DNA of 64,000 nucleotides. Origin: Thermoguttaceae bacterium. Lineage in GTDB: Bacteria > Planctomycetota > Planctomycetia > Pirellulales > Thermoguttaceae. The notes beneath the pieces are model-generated. The model was not told the origin of the DNA. It was given only the letters and a program-made list of their open reading frames with translations, and ran no database searches. A program made the translations under genes and the position numbers. Positions 22,388-31,388 of this stretch are shown here, in pieces. Each line of letters starts with the position of its first letter. Within the stretch, counting starts at the first letter, position 1. Location: the NCBI GenBank assembly GCA_034005525.1, contig JAVEUP010000021.1, positions 1,557-65,556 on the forward strand, written 5' to 3'.

Positions 22388-22456
22388 TTGGAGTTGACGC
22401 TTCAGTGCACGAATTGGGCACGGGCCGAATTCTGCACGCTGAAGCGTGAACTCCAG
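22388..22456. repeat. Compact palindromic element of the TGGAGT...CTTCAG family
   Basis: TTGGAGTTGACGCTTCAGTGCACGAATT faces GAATTCTGCACGCTGAAGCGTGAACTCCAG. Confidence 0.7.
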
Positions 22457-23071
22457 CAACCCGACTACTGCCTTCGGGACGACCTCTTCGCATACGGCGG
22501 ACAAGACCTCTTACGCCCTACCCCCACAGCGGTTACGAAAAAGGCCGCCGATCTGCTCAGGGAGCGACCGGCGGCCCGGGAATCAAACCTCTCGCCGACT
22601 GCGACCGGATGCGTCGCTGCGAGAAGAGCGGGGATCCGGCGTGCGTCAAGCACAAGCCGCTTGTTGATCCCGGCTCACGCTAAAGGGTTGGCACCTCCGT
22701 CGGAATACTAGGCGAGAGGCCTGATTCGTGTGTCGTCTGCTGTTCCAACCACAACTATCGGCACAACCGCCTCTTGTGCCGTAATCGAATCTGATCAACT
22801 CAATTCTCTTGATCAAGTCAAACCTGCCAATGAAATTGTACCTTGCCGGACCAGACTTGCCCAGCCCGGCTCACGGTACCCGTGCAAGTCGCCCAATCCC
22901 CCTTTTGGGAGGAACTGGCAAATATTGCCCAAAGCTCCAGCACTTCGCATGCCGAGTCAATACATGGAGGCTCGTGCACAGCCGTTTCCGTGGCTGCCGC
23001 ACCTCCATCGGCGAGCTTGCCGGGGGGCAGACTGCCGTCGGTTCGCAGCGTCTTTTCAAGCAGGGGGGATC

Positions 23072-24208
23072 ATGTCGTCTTCAACGCCATTCGGATGCCG
23101 ATGCGCCCTGCTGGCCCTGGTTGGGCTGGTTCTCAGCGGAGTCACAGCGGCTCGCGGCGGCGACCGCCGGACTGGACTGCTCGTTCGGACAATCGACTTG
23201 CAGTATTTTACGACACCCTACGAGCGGGCGACGGTGCTGGGCGGGGCGTACATGGGCGACCTCGGATCGGCCGCCTCGACCATTCGCAACCCGGCTGCTT
23301 TGGCGAATCTCTGTGGGCCGGATGTATTGGGGTACTGGACAACCGATTCAACCGAGGGTGTCGCAAGTCTGACGCCGCCGCCCGTCGGCGCCAACCAGCA
23401 AACCACCGCCTTTCTTTCCGACGAAGGCATCTACGTCGCAGTGCCTTTGGACGATTTCCCGATCAGTGCCGGTTTTGGCGGCGATTACTTCGAAACGAAC
23501 TACTACGGCAATCCGACCGTCCGTCCGGCGCAGCATGGTTCGCGGCTCAGCGCTGCACTGGCTGCATCGGTCTTCGGCAATGTCAGCATCGGTTACGGAG
23601 CAACCTGGTTCAACGACCACTTCGCAACCGCGGCGTGGCTTGGCACGGCGGCGGAGCGAATGGCGAATGAGTCGCACAGTTGGCGACACCGCGTGGCAAT
23701 GTTCGCCCCGGCCGGGTACAACATGCGATGGGGCGTTCAGGGCGACTACGGGTATGGAGATGGCACGACTCGCCTCGATGGCGAGGCCATTGGCGGCAGG
23801 AACTGGTTCGAAACCTATGCCCTGCGCGGCGGATTTCAATGGGACCTTACAGAGCGGGTCACCGGGGCCTTCGACTTCGAATGGAGCTACCTCGAACTGA
23901 ACATGGGCCAAGTGGTGATTGGAAACGCCCCGCACCTGATGAGGTACGCGGCCGATATCTACCGGCCGATGGTCGGCATTCAACTGCGCGCAACGCAAAA
24001 CCTGACGATGCGGTGCGGATATCGCTACAGCTTCTACCGGCTGCGCACGTCACCCCTCCTGCCGGATGAGTGCGACTACAGTACCGTCAGCGGTGGGGCG
24101 CGATACGCCTTCTGGGGAGGGCGGGCCGCTATCGACTGGAATATGGAACATTCCTGGATTGCCGGCGGCAGCCTGATGAACATGCTGTCACTCAGTTGCA
24201 TGTTCTGA
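23072..24208 (+). CDS. Putative outer-membrane beta-barrel protein
   Basis: Start at the internal ATG at 23072 (AGGGGGG upstream) gives a signal peptide (ALLALVGLVLSGVTAARG). Alternating aromatic/Gly-rich strands and a C-terminal ...LSLSCMF ending in Phe, as in OMP sorting signals. Confidence 0.6.
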   Translation: MSSSTPFGCRCALLALVGLVLSGVTAARGGDRRTGLLVRTIDLQYFTTPYERATVLGGAYMGDLGSAASTIRNPAALANLCGPDVLGYWTTDSTEGVASLTPPPVGANQQTTAFLSDEGIYVAVPLDDFPISAGFGGDYFETNYYGNPTVRPAQHGSRLSAALAASVFGNVSIGYGATWFNDHFATAAWLGTAAERMANESHSWRHRVAMFAPAGYNMRWGVQGDYGYGDGTTRLDGEAIGGRNWFETYALRGGFQWDLTERVTGAFDFEWSYLELNMGQVVIGNAPHLMRYAADIYRPMVGIQLRATQNLTMRCGYRYSFYRLRTSPLLPDECDYSTVSGGARYAFWGGRAAIDWNMEHSWIAGGSLMNMLSLSCMF

Positions 24209-24335
24209 AACGGCTCTTCCGTTTCCAGTCGCAAGCTGTCGGGTTGGAGTCCCGCCTTTAGGTGGTTTCTTCGCGCCGGCTGAAGCCGGAACTCCAGCAG
24301 GACGCAGTCTACACCCAGAAACGAAAGAGCCGTCT
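24207..24335. repeat. Nested palindromic element just after the OMP gene stop
   Basis: Outer AACGGCTCTTCCGTTTC faces GAAACGAAAGAGCCGT. Inner TTGGAGTCCCGCCTTTAGGTGG faces CCGGCTGAAGCCGGAACTCCAG. A local 7-bp hairpin GAAACGG/CCGTTTC at 24207-24225 may act as a terminator. Confidence 0.65.
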
Positions 24336-24395
24336 GAACCGGATCAGCCACTCCACCCGAATGGAGGATCGTCCAGGCAGAACGTGCGGTTGCAC

Positions 24396-24423
24396 TTGAC
24401 CGGCCGCAGTATTTGGCTAAAAT
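24396..24423 (+). promoter_or_regulatory. Candidate sigma-70-type promoter upstream of arsR (TTGACC-N16-TAAAAT)
   Basis: -35 TTGACC at 24396-24401, a 16-nt spacer, and -10 TAAAAT at 24418-24423, about 118 nt upstream of the arsR ATG. Confidence 0.3.
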
Positions 24424-24540
24424 TGCAAATACACTGGTTTTGGCGTCCGGTAGGATGCCGATAATTAGGTTGCTGGACGGACAGCCTTTCGATGTCCTTG
24501 CCCGAAACCCAGGAATGCCAACCGCGAAACGGTCAAACCA

Positions 24541-24864
24541 ATGGACCAAGCCACACGCGCCCGGTACGAAGCCCGGGCCAGAATCATGAAGGCCATGGCG
24601 CATCCCGCGCGCCTGCTGATGGTGGATGAACTCGCCCGAAGCGGCGAGCGTTGCGTGTGTGAACTGACCGAGTTGGTCGGTTCCGACATGTCGACCGTGT
24701 CGAGGCATCTTTCCCTGTTGAAGAACGCCGGTCTGGTGGAGGACGAGAAGCGCGGGCAGATGGTCTTCTACCGGCTGCGTGTGCAGTGCATTATGAATTT
24801 CTTCGAGTGCATCGAGTCGGTCATTGCGTGCAACGCCCGCAGCCAGCAGGAACTGCTGACCTAG
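24541..24864 (+). CDS. arsR: ArsR/SmtB family metalloregulatory transcriptional repressor
   Basis: wHTH with the Cys pair motif ERCVCELTELVGSDMSTVSRHLSLLKNAGLV. Confidence 0.9.
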   Translation: MDQATRARYEARARIMKAMAHPARLLMVDELARSGERCVCELTELVGSDMSTVSRHLSLLKNAGLVEDEKRGQMVFYRLRVQCIMNFFECIESVIACNARSQQELLT

Positions 24865-24922
24865 GAGTTTTTTTACCTACATACTTGCCGATTACGCCAA
24901 ACAAACCACAAGGAGACTTGCC

Positions 24923-25156
24923 GTGAAACTCGTTCAGGTGCTCGGGACCGGTTGCCCGAAATGTGAGAAGCTCAAGCACAATGCCGAAGAAGCCGTCAGG
25001 CAAGCCGGCATCGAGGCCACCGTGGAGAAGGTAACCGACATCAACGTCATTACCGGCTTCGGCGTGATGATGACGCCCGCACTCGCTGTTGACGGCGAGG
25101 TGAAGCTGGTCGGTCGCGTTCCTTCGGCCGACGAAATCCAGACGCTCCTGCAATAG
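24923..25156 (+). CDS. Small thioredoxin-fold protein (glutaredoxin-like / redox-active disulfide protein 2 type)
   Basis: 77 aa with a GTG start. MKLVQVLGTGCPKCEKL CxxC motif near the N-terminus. Confidence 0.85.
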   Translation: MKLVQVLGTGCPKCEKLKHNAEEAVRQAGIEATVEKVTDINVITGFGVMMTPALAVDGEVKLVGRVPSADEIQTLLQ

Positions 25157-25186
25157 CTGCGTCGGCAAGACCGGAGGACTCGCCCC

Positions 25187-26038
25187 ATGAAGCCAGACAT
25201 CATGAATCGCAGAAAAGCGATTGCATCGCTCGGGCTGTTCGGCGGATCGGCATTACTCAGCGGCTGTGGCGGCCAGGCGTCGGGAGAACCGGGCCCCTCG
25301 GTCCCACTGCCGCAGTTTCCAGCCGCATCCCCCGTGGCGCGGCCTTCCGCCGCAACGGCCGTCGGCTTGCCGCCCGAGTGGAAGTATGTCCAACTCGATC
25401 CCTACGCTGTTGCCGAGGTGGCATATAAGATGTACGCCGACGGCGGGTGTATGTACGCCATTTTCGGCAGCATCATGCGGGTGTTGGCCGAGAAGGTAGG
25501 CGAGCCATTCAACTCGTTCCCCATCAACATGATGCGTTACGGCAACGGCGGCATGGGCGGCATGGGCTCAGTGTGCGGTGTCGTGAACGGCTGCGCGGCC
25601 CTGATCGGCCTGTTCGAGGACCAGAAGGAAAAGGATCGCCGCGAGGAACTGATCAGCGACATTTGCACCTGGTACGAACGCACACCGCTTCCGATATACG
25701 AACCTGCCGAGCCGGCCTGGGCCGATGACGTAACGCCCAGCGTATCGGACTCGATTCTGTGCCACGTGGCCGTCGCGAAGTGGTGTCAAGTGACCGGCTG
25801 CGACGTGAAATGTGCCGAGCGCCGCGAGCGCTGCCGCCGGGCTTCCGTCGATGGCGTGATTCGGGTAGTGGACCTCTTGAACCGGAATGCAGCAGACCCC
25901 GGCGTCGAGTGCCTGAGCCTCGCCTCCGAGACCACGAATTGCCTTCAGTGCCACGGCCCCCGAGAACTGAACAACGCCACCGGCCGAATGAACTGCGCCT
26001 CCTGCCACTCCTTCGAAGGACAGCACCCGGCCCCGTAG
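25187..26038 (+). CDS. C_GCAxxG_C_C family redox protein with a Tat/lipoprotein-like leader and two C-terminal CXXCH heme-binding motifs
   Basis: Leader NRRKAIASLGLFGGSALLSGCGG. Family blocks GGCMYAIFGS and GSVCGVVNGCAALIG. C-terminal CLQCH and CASCH. Confidence 0.75.
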   Translation: MKPDIMNRRKAIASLGLFGGSALLSGCGGQASGEPGPSVPLPQFPAASPVARPSAATAVGLPPEWKYVQLDPYAVAEVAYKMYADGGCMYAIFGSIMRVLAEKVGEPFNSFPINMMRYGNGGMGGMGSVCGVVNGCAALIGLFEDQKEKDRREELISDICTWYERTPLPIYEPAEPAWADDVTPSVSDSILCHVAVAKWCQVTGCDVKCAERRERCRRASVDGVIRVVDLLNRNAADPGVECLSLASETTNCLQCHGPRELNNATGRMNCASCHSFEGQHPAP

Positions 26039-26087
26039 CCTTGTGGAAGGCATGCCCGGTGCAGCCACATACCTGCCCAGCGTTCCG

Positions 26088-27017
26088 CTACTCTGCCGTC
26101 GCGGCGACGCGGAAGCCCAGGGTTAGGTTGCGGTTCTCGGGCTGGCTCGCGCTGCGGCTTGCGGCTCGGCACCCCCTGGTGCAGTTGAACCAGCCGCCGC
26201 CGCGGTAGACGCGCTCATCGCCGGTTGCCGGGCCTTCCGGATCGATCGAGGGCGACCATGTGTAATATTCCGGATCGTACCAGTCGGCGCACCACTCCCA
26301 GACGTTTCCGTGCATGTCGTACAAACCGAATGCGTTCGGCAGGAAGCTACCGGCAGGCGACGTGTAGGCATGGCCATCGCTGGCTTGGATGACGGCCTCC
26401 AGCTCGGGGAACTGCGTCTCGAACTCCGCATCCGCCACGTTCCCGATCTTCGCCACTCCTTCCGGGTCGTCGCCGTGAGAGTACTCTGTTGCCGTCCCTG
26501 CACGGCATGCATACTCCCACTCCGCCTCCGTCGGCAGGCGGTACGTCTTCCCCTTCTCGCGACTAAGCCATTTGCAGAACTCCAGCGCGTCGTTCCAGCT
26601 CACGTTCACGACCGGATCGGCATCAGACTGAGGAAAGCCCGCACTGCGCCATGAATACTCCTCGTTCATCGCGAACTCCATCGCCTCGCGGTTCCAGCCG
26701 AAGGCGCCCTGGAAGCCGGTCCCCTTTTCCGCGTCCGTCGCGTAACCCGTCGCCTCGACGAACCGGCGGAACTGCTTGACGGTGACCTCATGCTTTCCAA
26801 AGTAAAACGGTTTCGTAATCGTCACCTCGTGGGCGGGCCACTCGTCGTCGAGGCCGTTGTCATCCCCCATGGCGAATGATCCTGCGGGAATCAGCACCAT
26901 CTCCAGTTTCACACCGCCGCCTAAATCGACGGTCTTCTGCGAAGGCGCCTGGGTGTCACAACCTGCGGCTAACGCAAGCACGATTGCCGCAACATACCAT
27001 TTTATCTGGTTCTTCAT
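26088..27017 (-). CDS. Formylglycine-generating-enzyme (SUMF1) family lipoprotein
   Basis: Start at the internal ATG at 27017 gives the lipobox leader MKNQIKWYVAAIVLALAAGC. FGE-sulfatase blocks HGNVWEWCADWY and RGGGWFN. ATGA overlap with the stop of the upstream gene. Confidence 0.85.
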   Translation of the reverse strand: MKNQIKWYVAAIVLALAAGCDTQAPSQKTVDLGGGVKLEMVLIPAGSFAMGDDNGLDDEWPAHEVTITKPFYFGKHEVTVKQFRRFVEATGYATDAEKGTGFQGAFGWNREAMEFAMNEEYSWRSAGFPQSDADPVVNVSWNDALEFCKWLSREKGKTYRLPTEAEWEYACRAGTATEYSHGDDPEGVAKIGNVADAEFETQFPELEAVIQASDGHAYTSPAGSFLPNAFGLYDMHGNVWEWCADWYDPEYYTWSPSIDPEGPATGDERVYRGGGWFNCTRGCRAASRSASQPENRNLTLGFRVAATAE

Positions 27018-28885
27018 TCGATGACCTCTCCCCACCAGGGGTGTTCGAGTTCGATGTCGTCTGTTTCCGTGCGATTGATTCGTCCGTATCGGGCGAAGAA
27101 GTCGGGCCTCCACGGCTGAAGTCGCAGTTGCACCCGCTTGCCGACCGGCCAGGAAAAGGCCGGCGTATTCTGATGGTTTCTCATGCTGAAAAGATACACG
27201 GCGACCTTCTCTTCGGTGAGCGTCCCGCGGTGGACCTCCAGGTCGGTCAGGTCGAGCGTGAAGACGTGGTGAGCATAGGGGATTTGGCCTGCCCTCGGGG
27301 CCGCCGATTTCGCGGCGATCGTCCCGCTGACGACCAACTCGCTGCCGGCCGGTGCTGGGCCGTGGGCCGGCCGGCGGGCCCGCCTTCGCGGCATGTCGAG
27401 CAGTCTCCAATCGCCCACGGCCAGTTCGCGCGCGGCGAACTGCCAGACGACCACCTTCTTACCGGCCAGACGGTCTTCGCCTCGGGCCAACTCACGACTG
27501 AGCATCTCGCGCGTGGCGTAAGCCCCGTCGTCGTTCCGCAGGATGGTATCAACGGGGCGATTCAGCGCGAAGCTGAGCTGCTCGGCCAACCCCGCCCCGT
27601 AACCCCAGTTCATCATTTCCAGCGAGTAGATGTTGGCGAAACTGTCGCCGAGCAGCAGGACGTCGGCGTTCGGATCGGGCCGCCACGACTCGCCCCTTGC
27701 ATCGATTACCGGACGGATGGTGACGGCTTCCTCGCCGAAAACCTGCTGGTTCGCCCGCAGCTTCAGCATCATCGCAATGTCGCCGAGGTTCTGAACCTCC
27801 CGGGCCGTTCGGCGCCAATCGCCGCCTGCCGCAGCCGTGCTTAGGGCCCGCAAATGAACAACTGGCCGCTTTGGGCGGGCTGCGGCTACGGCTGCGGGCG
27901 TCAGGCTGCATCGACGTATAAGCAATATGTCTGCTTCGCCTTCCTTCGCAGCCTTGTCCTCGCCACGCCAAAATCGGCCATTTATTCCTTCGCGAGCCCT
28001 TAACGCAATGTTCTCTTCGAGAAACCGGGCCAGTTCCGTCGCGGCCAGCTCCATCGCCTCGGGCCGCCAATGCGTATCGGTGGCCAGGTAGACCGCACTG
28101 CCGGAACGATCGCGATACTTGGCCAGCACGTCGGTCACGTCGCACACCAGTACGCCTTCGGCCTCCATCTCGTCGAGGAACCGCCGATACGACGGATTGT
28201 GAATGCTCACCTGCCGGCCTTCATAACGCGAGGAGAACTTCTCGGGATGAATCGTGGCCTTGTCGGGCGTCGGCATGAGCACCAGGCGGATGCCCCGTCC
28301 GGCAAGCTGACGGTGGAACTGGCGGATCGCCGCCCGCGGATCAGGCTGCGGGGCGGGCTGCCACTGCGTGCCGCTGTCGGCCCGGCGGGCCATGTGCCGC
28401 GGGTCCAGGAACCCGGGGCCGGTGCAATAGTCGATTCCCCGCCGATAGAACAACCACCCCTGGCGACCGACGTAGGCCTTTTCGTTGCCGCAGCCGGCAT
28501 GGACCAAAAGCTCCTGAGCGGGCGGCAGGACGAGTTGCCTCAGGAACGACTCGTCCTTCAGCTCCGTCTCGTACTCGTCGATCGCCTGCAAGAGCACCGC
28601 GTTGGCCCGGAACACCTTCGATACCCGGCCGCCGTCACTCGCACGATAGGCCGCCGCCGCGCGAGGCACGGCGCCGAATATGTCGCAGCACTGCGGCCAC
28701 CGGCTCGCTCGCCGGCCCTCCGCGTGCTGCCGGATCTCGCGATACGTTTGCCCGACCGGAACGGCCAGCAGCGTGAACAGTCCCATGACGAACAGCGCCC
28801 ACATCACTCCGCGGCCCATTTCCGTGCGGCCGATCTCGCGCTTGGCTTGTTCTTCCCGGCTCTGGGGTTGAGGTTGTTCGGTCAT
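27014..28885 (-). CDS. AlgX/AlgJ-like (DHHW / SGNH-type) O-acetyltransferase partner protein, membrane anchored
   Basis: N-terminal TM helix. LATDTHWRPEAM (the D-x-H-W signature of AlgJ/AlgX-type proteins) and LLLGDSFANIYS (GDS block). It sits immediately downstream of an MBOAT gene. Confidence 0.7.
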   Translation of the reverse strand: MTEQPQPQSREEQAKREIGRTEMGRGVMWALFVMGLFTLLAVPVGQTYREIRQHAEGRRASRWPQCCDIFGAVPRAAAAYRASDGGRVSKVFRANAVLLQAIDEYETELKDESFLRQLVLPPAQELLVHAGCGNEKAYVGRQGWLFYRRGIDYCTGPGFLDPRHMARRADSGTQWQPAPQPDPRAAIRQFHRQLAGRGIRLVLMPTPDKATIHPEKFSSRYEGRQVSIHNPSYRRFLDEMEAEGVLVCDVTDVLAKYRDRSGSAVYLATDTHWRPEAMELAATELARFLEENIALRAREGINGRFWRGEDKAAKEGEADILLIRRCSLTPAAVAAARPKRPVVHLRALSTAAAGGDWRRTAREVQNLGDIAMMLKLRANQQVFGEEAVTIRPVIDARGESWRPDPNADVLLLGDSFANIYSLEMMNWGYGAGLAEQLSFALNRPVDTILRNDDGAYATREMLSRELARGEDRLAGKKVVVWQFAARELAVGDWRLLDMPRRRARRPAHGPAPAGSELVVSGTIAAKSAAPRAGQIPYAHHVFTLDLTDLEVHRGTLTEEKVAVYLFSMRNHQNTPAFSWPVGKRVQLRLQPWRPDFFARYGRINRTETDDIELEHPWWGEVIE

Positions 28886-28909
28886 CGGTCTACGGTGGCA
28901 GGGCCGCCT

Positions 28910-30370
28910 TCAGAATATGAAGTAAATGAACGGATTGAACTCTTGTACGGTCATGGCCGCGATCGCCAGCCAGAAAACGGCCGTGATCCACAGGGCTTTT
29001 GTCCAGGTGATCGTGCGGGTGAAGTCCCACGTTTGCGGGCAGGACCAGACGACCGCCGCCGCCAGCAGCATCGAAAGCACGTAGTACGGCTGATAGATCA
29101 ATCCGCCGATGAGCCCCGCGCCCGATTGCGGCGAGGTCAGGCCCAGCATGCTCTGGCAGTACTGCAAGGCCGCGGGCAGATCGGCCGCGCGGAAGAAGAC
29201 CCACGTGAAGCAGACGATCACGAACGTCATCGCCGTCTTCGCCAGCCGCGGGAGCCGCTGGTAGAGTGCATCCTTTCCGCCGCACCGCTCGATGATCAGC
29301 AGCAGGCCGTGGATTCCGCCCCAGATCACGAAGTTCCACGACGCCCCGTGCCATAGCCCGCCGAGGAGCATGACCAGCGCCAGGTTGATGTGGGTCCGCA
29401 CGGGGCCTTTGCGGTTGCCGCCGAGCGGGACGTAGAGGTTGTCGCGGAGCCAGGTTGAAAGGCTCAGGTGCCAGCGCCGCCAGAACTCGGTGATCGACTG
29501 GCTGAGGTAGGGCGAGTCGAAGTTCTTGGCGAACATGAAGCCCAGCATCAGCCCCAGGCCGATCGCCATGTCGCTGTACGCGCTGAAGTCGAAATAGATC
29601 TGAAAGGCGTATGCGACCGCGCCCACCCACGAGTCGAGCCAGCCAACCGAGCCTGCGTCGAACGCCATGTCGGCCACCTTGCCGCACGGATTGGCCAGCA
29701 GAATCTTCTTGCCGAGTCCCAGGCCGACGAACGCGATGCCGCGGGTGAACTTCTCGATCGTGTGCGTCCGGTTGCGGAGCTGATCGGCCACGTCCCGGAA
29801 ACGGACGATCGGCCCGGCCACGAGCTGCGGGAACATCGCCACGTAGCACCAGTAGTCGATCGGATTGCGGATCGCCCGCGCGTCGCCGCGGTAGACGTCG
29901 ATGGTATAGCTCATCGACTGGAACGTGTAGAAGCTGATGCCCAGCGGCAGCGTTACCTTCAGCACGTTTTCGAGCCCCATGCCGGTCAGGCCGAGCGACT
30001 CCACCAGGGCCGTGTAATTCATCAGGAAGAAGTTGCCGTACTTGAAGAACCCCAACAGCCCCAGGTTCGAGACCATCGAGATGGCAAGCACCCAGCGCTG
30101 GCCCCCGGTGCGGGATTGGCCCGGCGGCAGCAAGGGAACCGGGCCGCGCCACGCCGACGGCCGCAGCTTGCCGGCCAGCGCCAGCCCGCACAGGTAGTCG
30201 ACGAGTGTCGAGACGAACATCAGCACCGTGAACAGCGGATTCGCCCAGCCGTAGAAGACGTAGCTGACCGCCGCGAGCGTCACGTGCTTCAGCCACCGCG
30301 GGCTGAGATAATACAGCGCCAGCGCGGCGGTCAGAAAGTAGAACAGAAACACGTGAGAACTGAAAACCAT
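28910..30370 (-). CDS. MBOAT family O-acyltransferase (AlgI/DltB/PatA-like)
   Basis: Start at ATG 30370 (MVFSSHVFLFYFL...). Polytopic, with the conserved blocks FWRRWHLSLSTWLRDNLYVPLGGNR and LGGLWHGASWNF. Confidence 0.9.
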   Translation of the reverse strand: MVFSSHVFLFYFLTAALALYYLSPRWLKHVTLAAVSYVFYGWANPLFTVLMFVSTLVDYLCGLALAGKLRPSAWRGPVPLLPPGQSRTGGQRWVLAISMVSNLGLLGFFKYGNFFLMNYTALVESLGLTGMGLENVLKVTLPLGISFYTFQSMSYTIDVYRGDARAIRNPIDYWCYVAMFPQLVAGPIVRFRDVADQLRNRTHTIEKFTRGIAFVGLGLGKKILLANPCGKVADMAFDAGSVGWLDSWVGAVAYAFQIYFDFSAYSDMAIGLGLMLGFMFAKNFDSPYLSQSITEFWRRWHLSLSTWLRDNLYVPLGGNRKGPVRTHINLALVMLLGGLWHGASWNFVIWGGIHGLLLIIERCGGKDALYQRLPRLAKTAMTFVIVCFTWVFFRAADLPAALQYCQSMLGLTSPQSGAGLIGGLIYQPYYVLSMLLAAAVVWSCPQTWDFTRTITWTKALWITAVFWLAIAAMTVQEFNPFIYFIF

Positions 30371-30543
30371 GCCGTCTTCCGAGGGTTGCCGCAGCACGGA
30401 GCGCCGGGCAAGTCATTAGTCATTCATCTGCAAGAATGGGAAAATCGCATGAAGGTACGGGTTTTCCGACTCGCGCCGCGCGCCCTTCAAGGCCGCCCAA
30501 AACCGGCGGAGTGCGCAGCAGCGCACGCGGACCAATTAAAGAC

Positions 30544-30649
30544 GAGCGGCAAAAACAGAGTTTCCGTAGCGGCGTCTCTCCGAGACGCCGACATCCGAGT
30601 CTCGAAGAGACTCGGCTACAAGGTCGTCGGTAAGACTGTTTCTGCCGCT
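30544..30649. repeat. About 106-bp compound palindromic element: 15-bp terminal inverted repeats enclosing two tandem GTCTC/GAGAC hairpins
   Basis: GAGCGGCAAAAACAG (30544-30558) pairs with CTGTTTCTGCCGCTC (30635-30649), matching 14/15. Inner hairpins are GGCGTCTC-tcc-GAGACGCC (30571-30589) and CCGAGTCTC-gaa-GAGACTCGG (30595-30615). Confidence 0.7.
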
Positions 30650-30669
30650 CGCCTAATAAGAGCGCGCCG

Positions 30670-31059
30670 TCAAATCAGCAAGACTTGATTGGCAAGATGG
30701 AGACGAACCGGCAGCAGGAGACGGCCTGTGGCCAATGTTTGTTGTTGCAGCCCGGGTGCACACCTTGAAAAGCAACCATTGTGCACGACTGCGAAGGATG
30801 CCGGGAACTGCGGACCGGCTGAACCACCCGTCGGTCGGCGCCGTGAGGTTACCAGGCGCTTGGGATGCTGGCATTCTTTAGGCTCACGATGCGAAGGCTC
30901 GCACCGGCACTGCTGGCATAGCCGCTGAACGACGGTATCGCGAGAAACTCCCCAGGAAGCGAGCCTTGTCCGGCATCGATGCGCGAAGTTCGCGCAGCAG
31001 CCCACCATCAGGTGAACTGTCAGAATCGCGATGCACAGATTACGAGCTAGCCGGATCAT
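30670..31059 (-). CDS. Possible small membrane-anchored Cys/His-rich protein (low confidence)
   Basis: GAAGGGA lies about 8 nt upstream of the ATG at 31059. The N-terminal hydrophobic helix is followed by VGCCANFAHRC. The rest is Arg/Cys-rich with mediocre third-position GC. Confidence 0.25.
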   Translation of the reverse strand: MIRLARNLCIAILTVHLMVGCCANFAHRCRTRLASWGVSRDTVVQRLCQQCRCEPSHREPKECQHPKRLVTSRRRPTGGSAGPQFPASFAVVHNGCFSRCAPGLQQQTLATGRLLLPVRLHLANQVLLI

Positions 31060-31388
31060 ACAACGTCCCTTCTTGTCTGTTATCGGCGGTAAAGTTTCGC
31101 CATCTTCAGGCGAACTGCCCTGGCGTCCCCCTGTTGTTGTGCGTAGTCGGAGTCAAAGCTTGCTGGGAGTCACGCAAAGTGGGGTGGGGCGAATCTCGCC
31201 GATCGGCCGCGTTCTCTGCCCCCCGGTTGGAAGCCCGCCGCACCTCCCCTACAATGGCGGCCTGCAAGAAGGGGCCCTGTGCAGGAGCCTATCTCCCGCG
31301 CAGCATTGTAGTAGGCACACGCCGCTGTGCCGTCCCCGAAACGAGAGCAGTCGGTACCCGGAAACGGAAAAGCCAACAAGGTTCCTCC

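Noticed and set aside
22730-23071. 114-codon N-terminal extension of the OMP ORF
   Set aside because: It has no signal peptide at that start. The internal ATG at 23072 gives a canonical signal peptide and has a purine-rich RBS.
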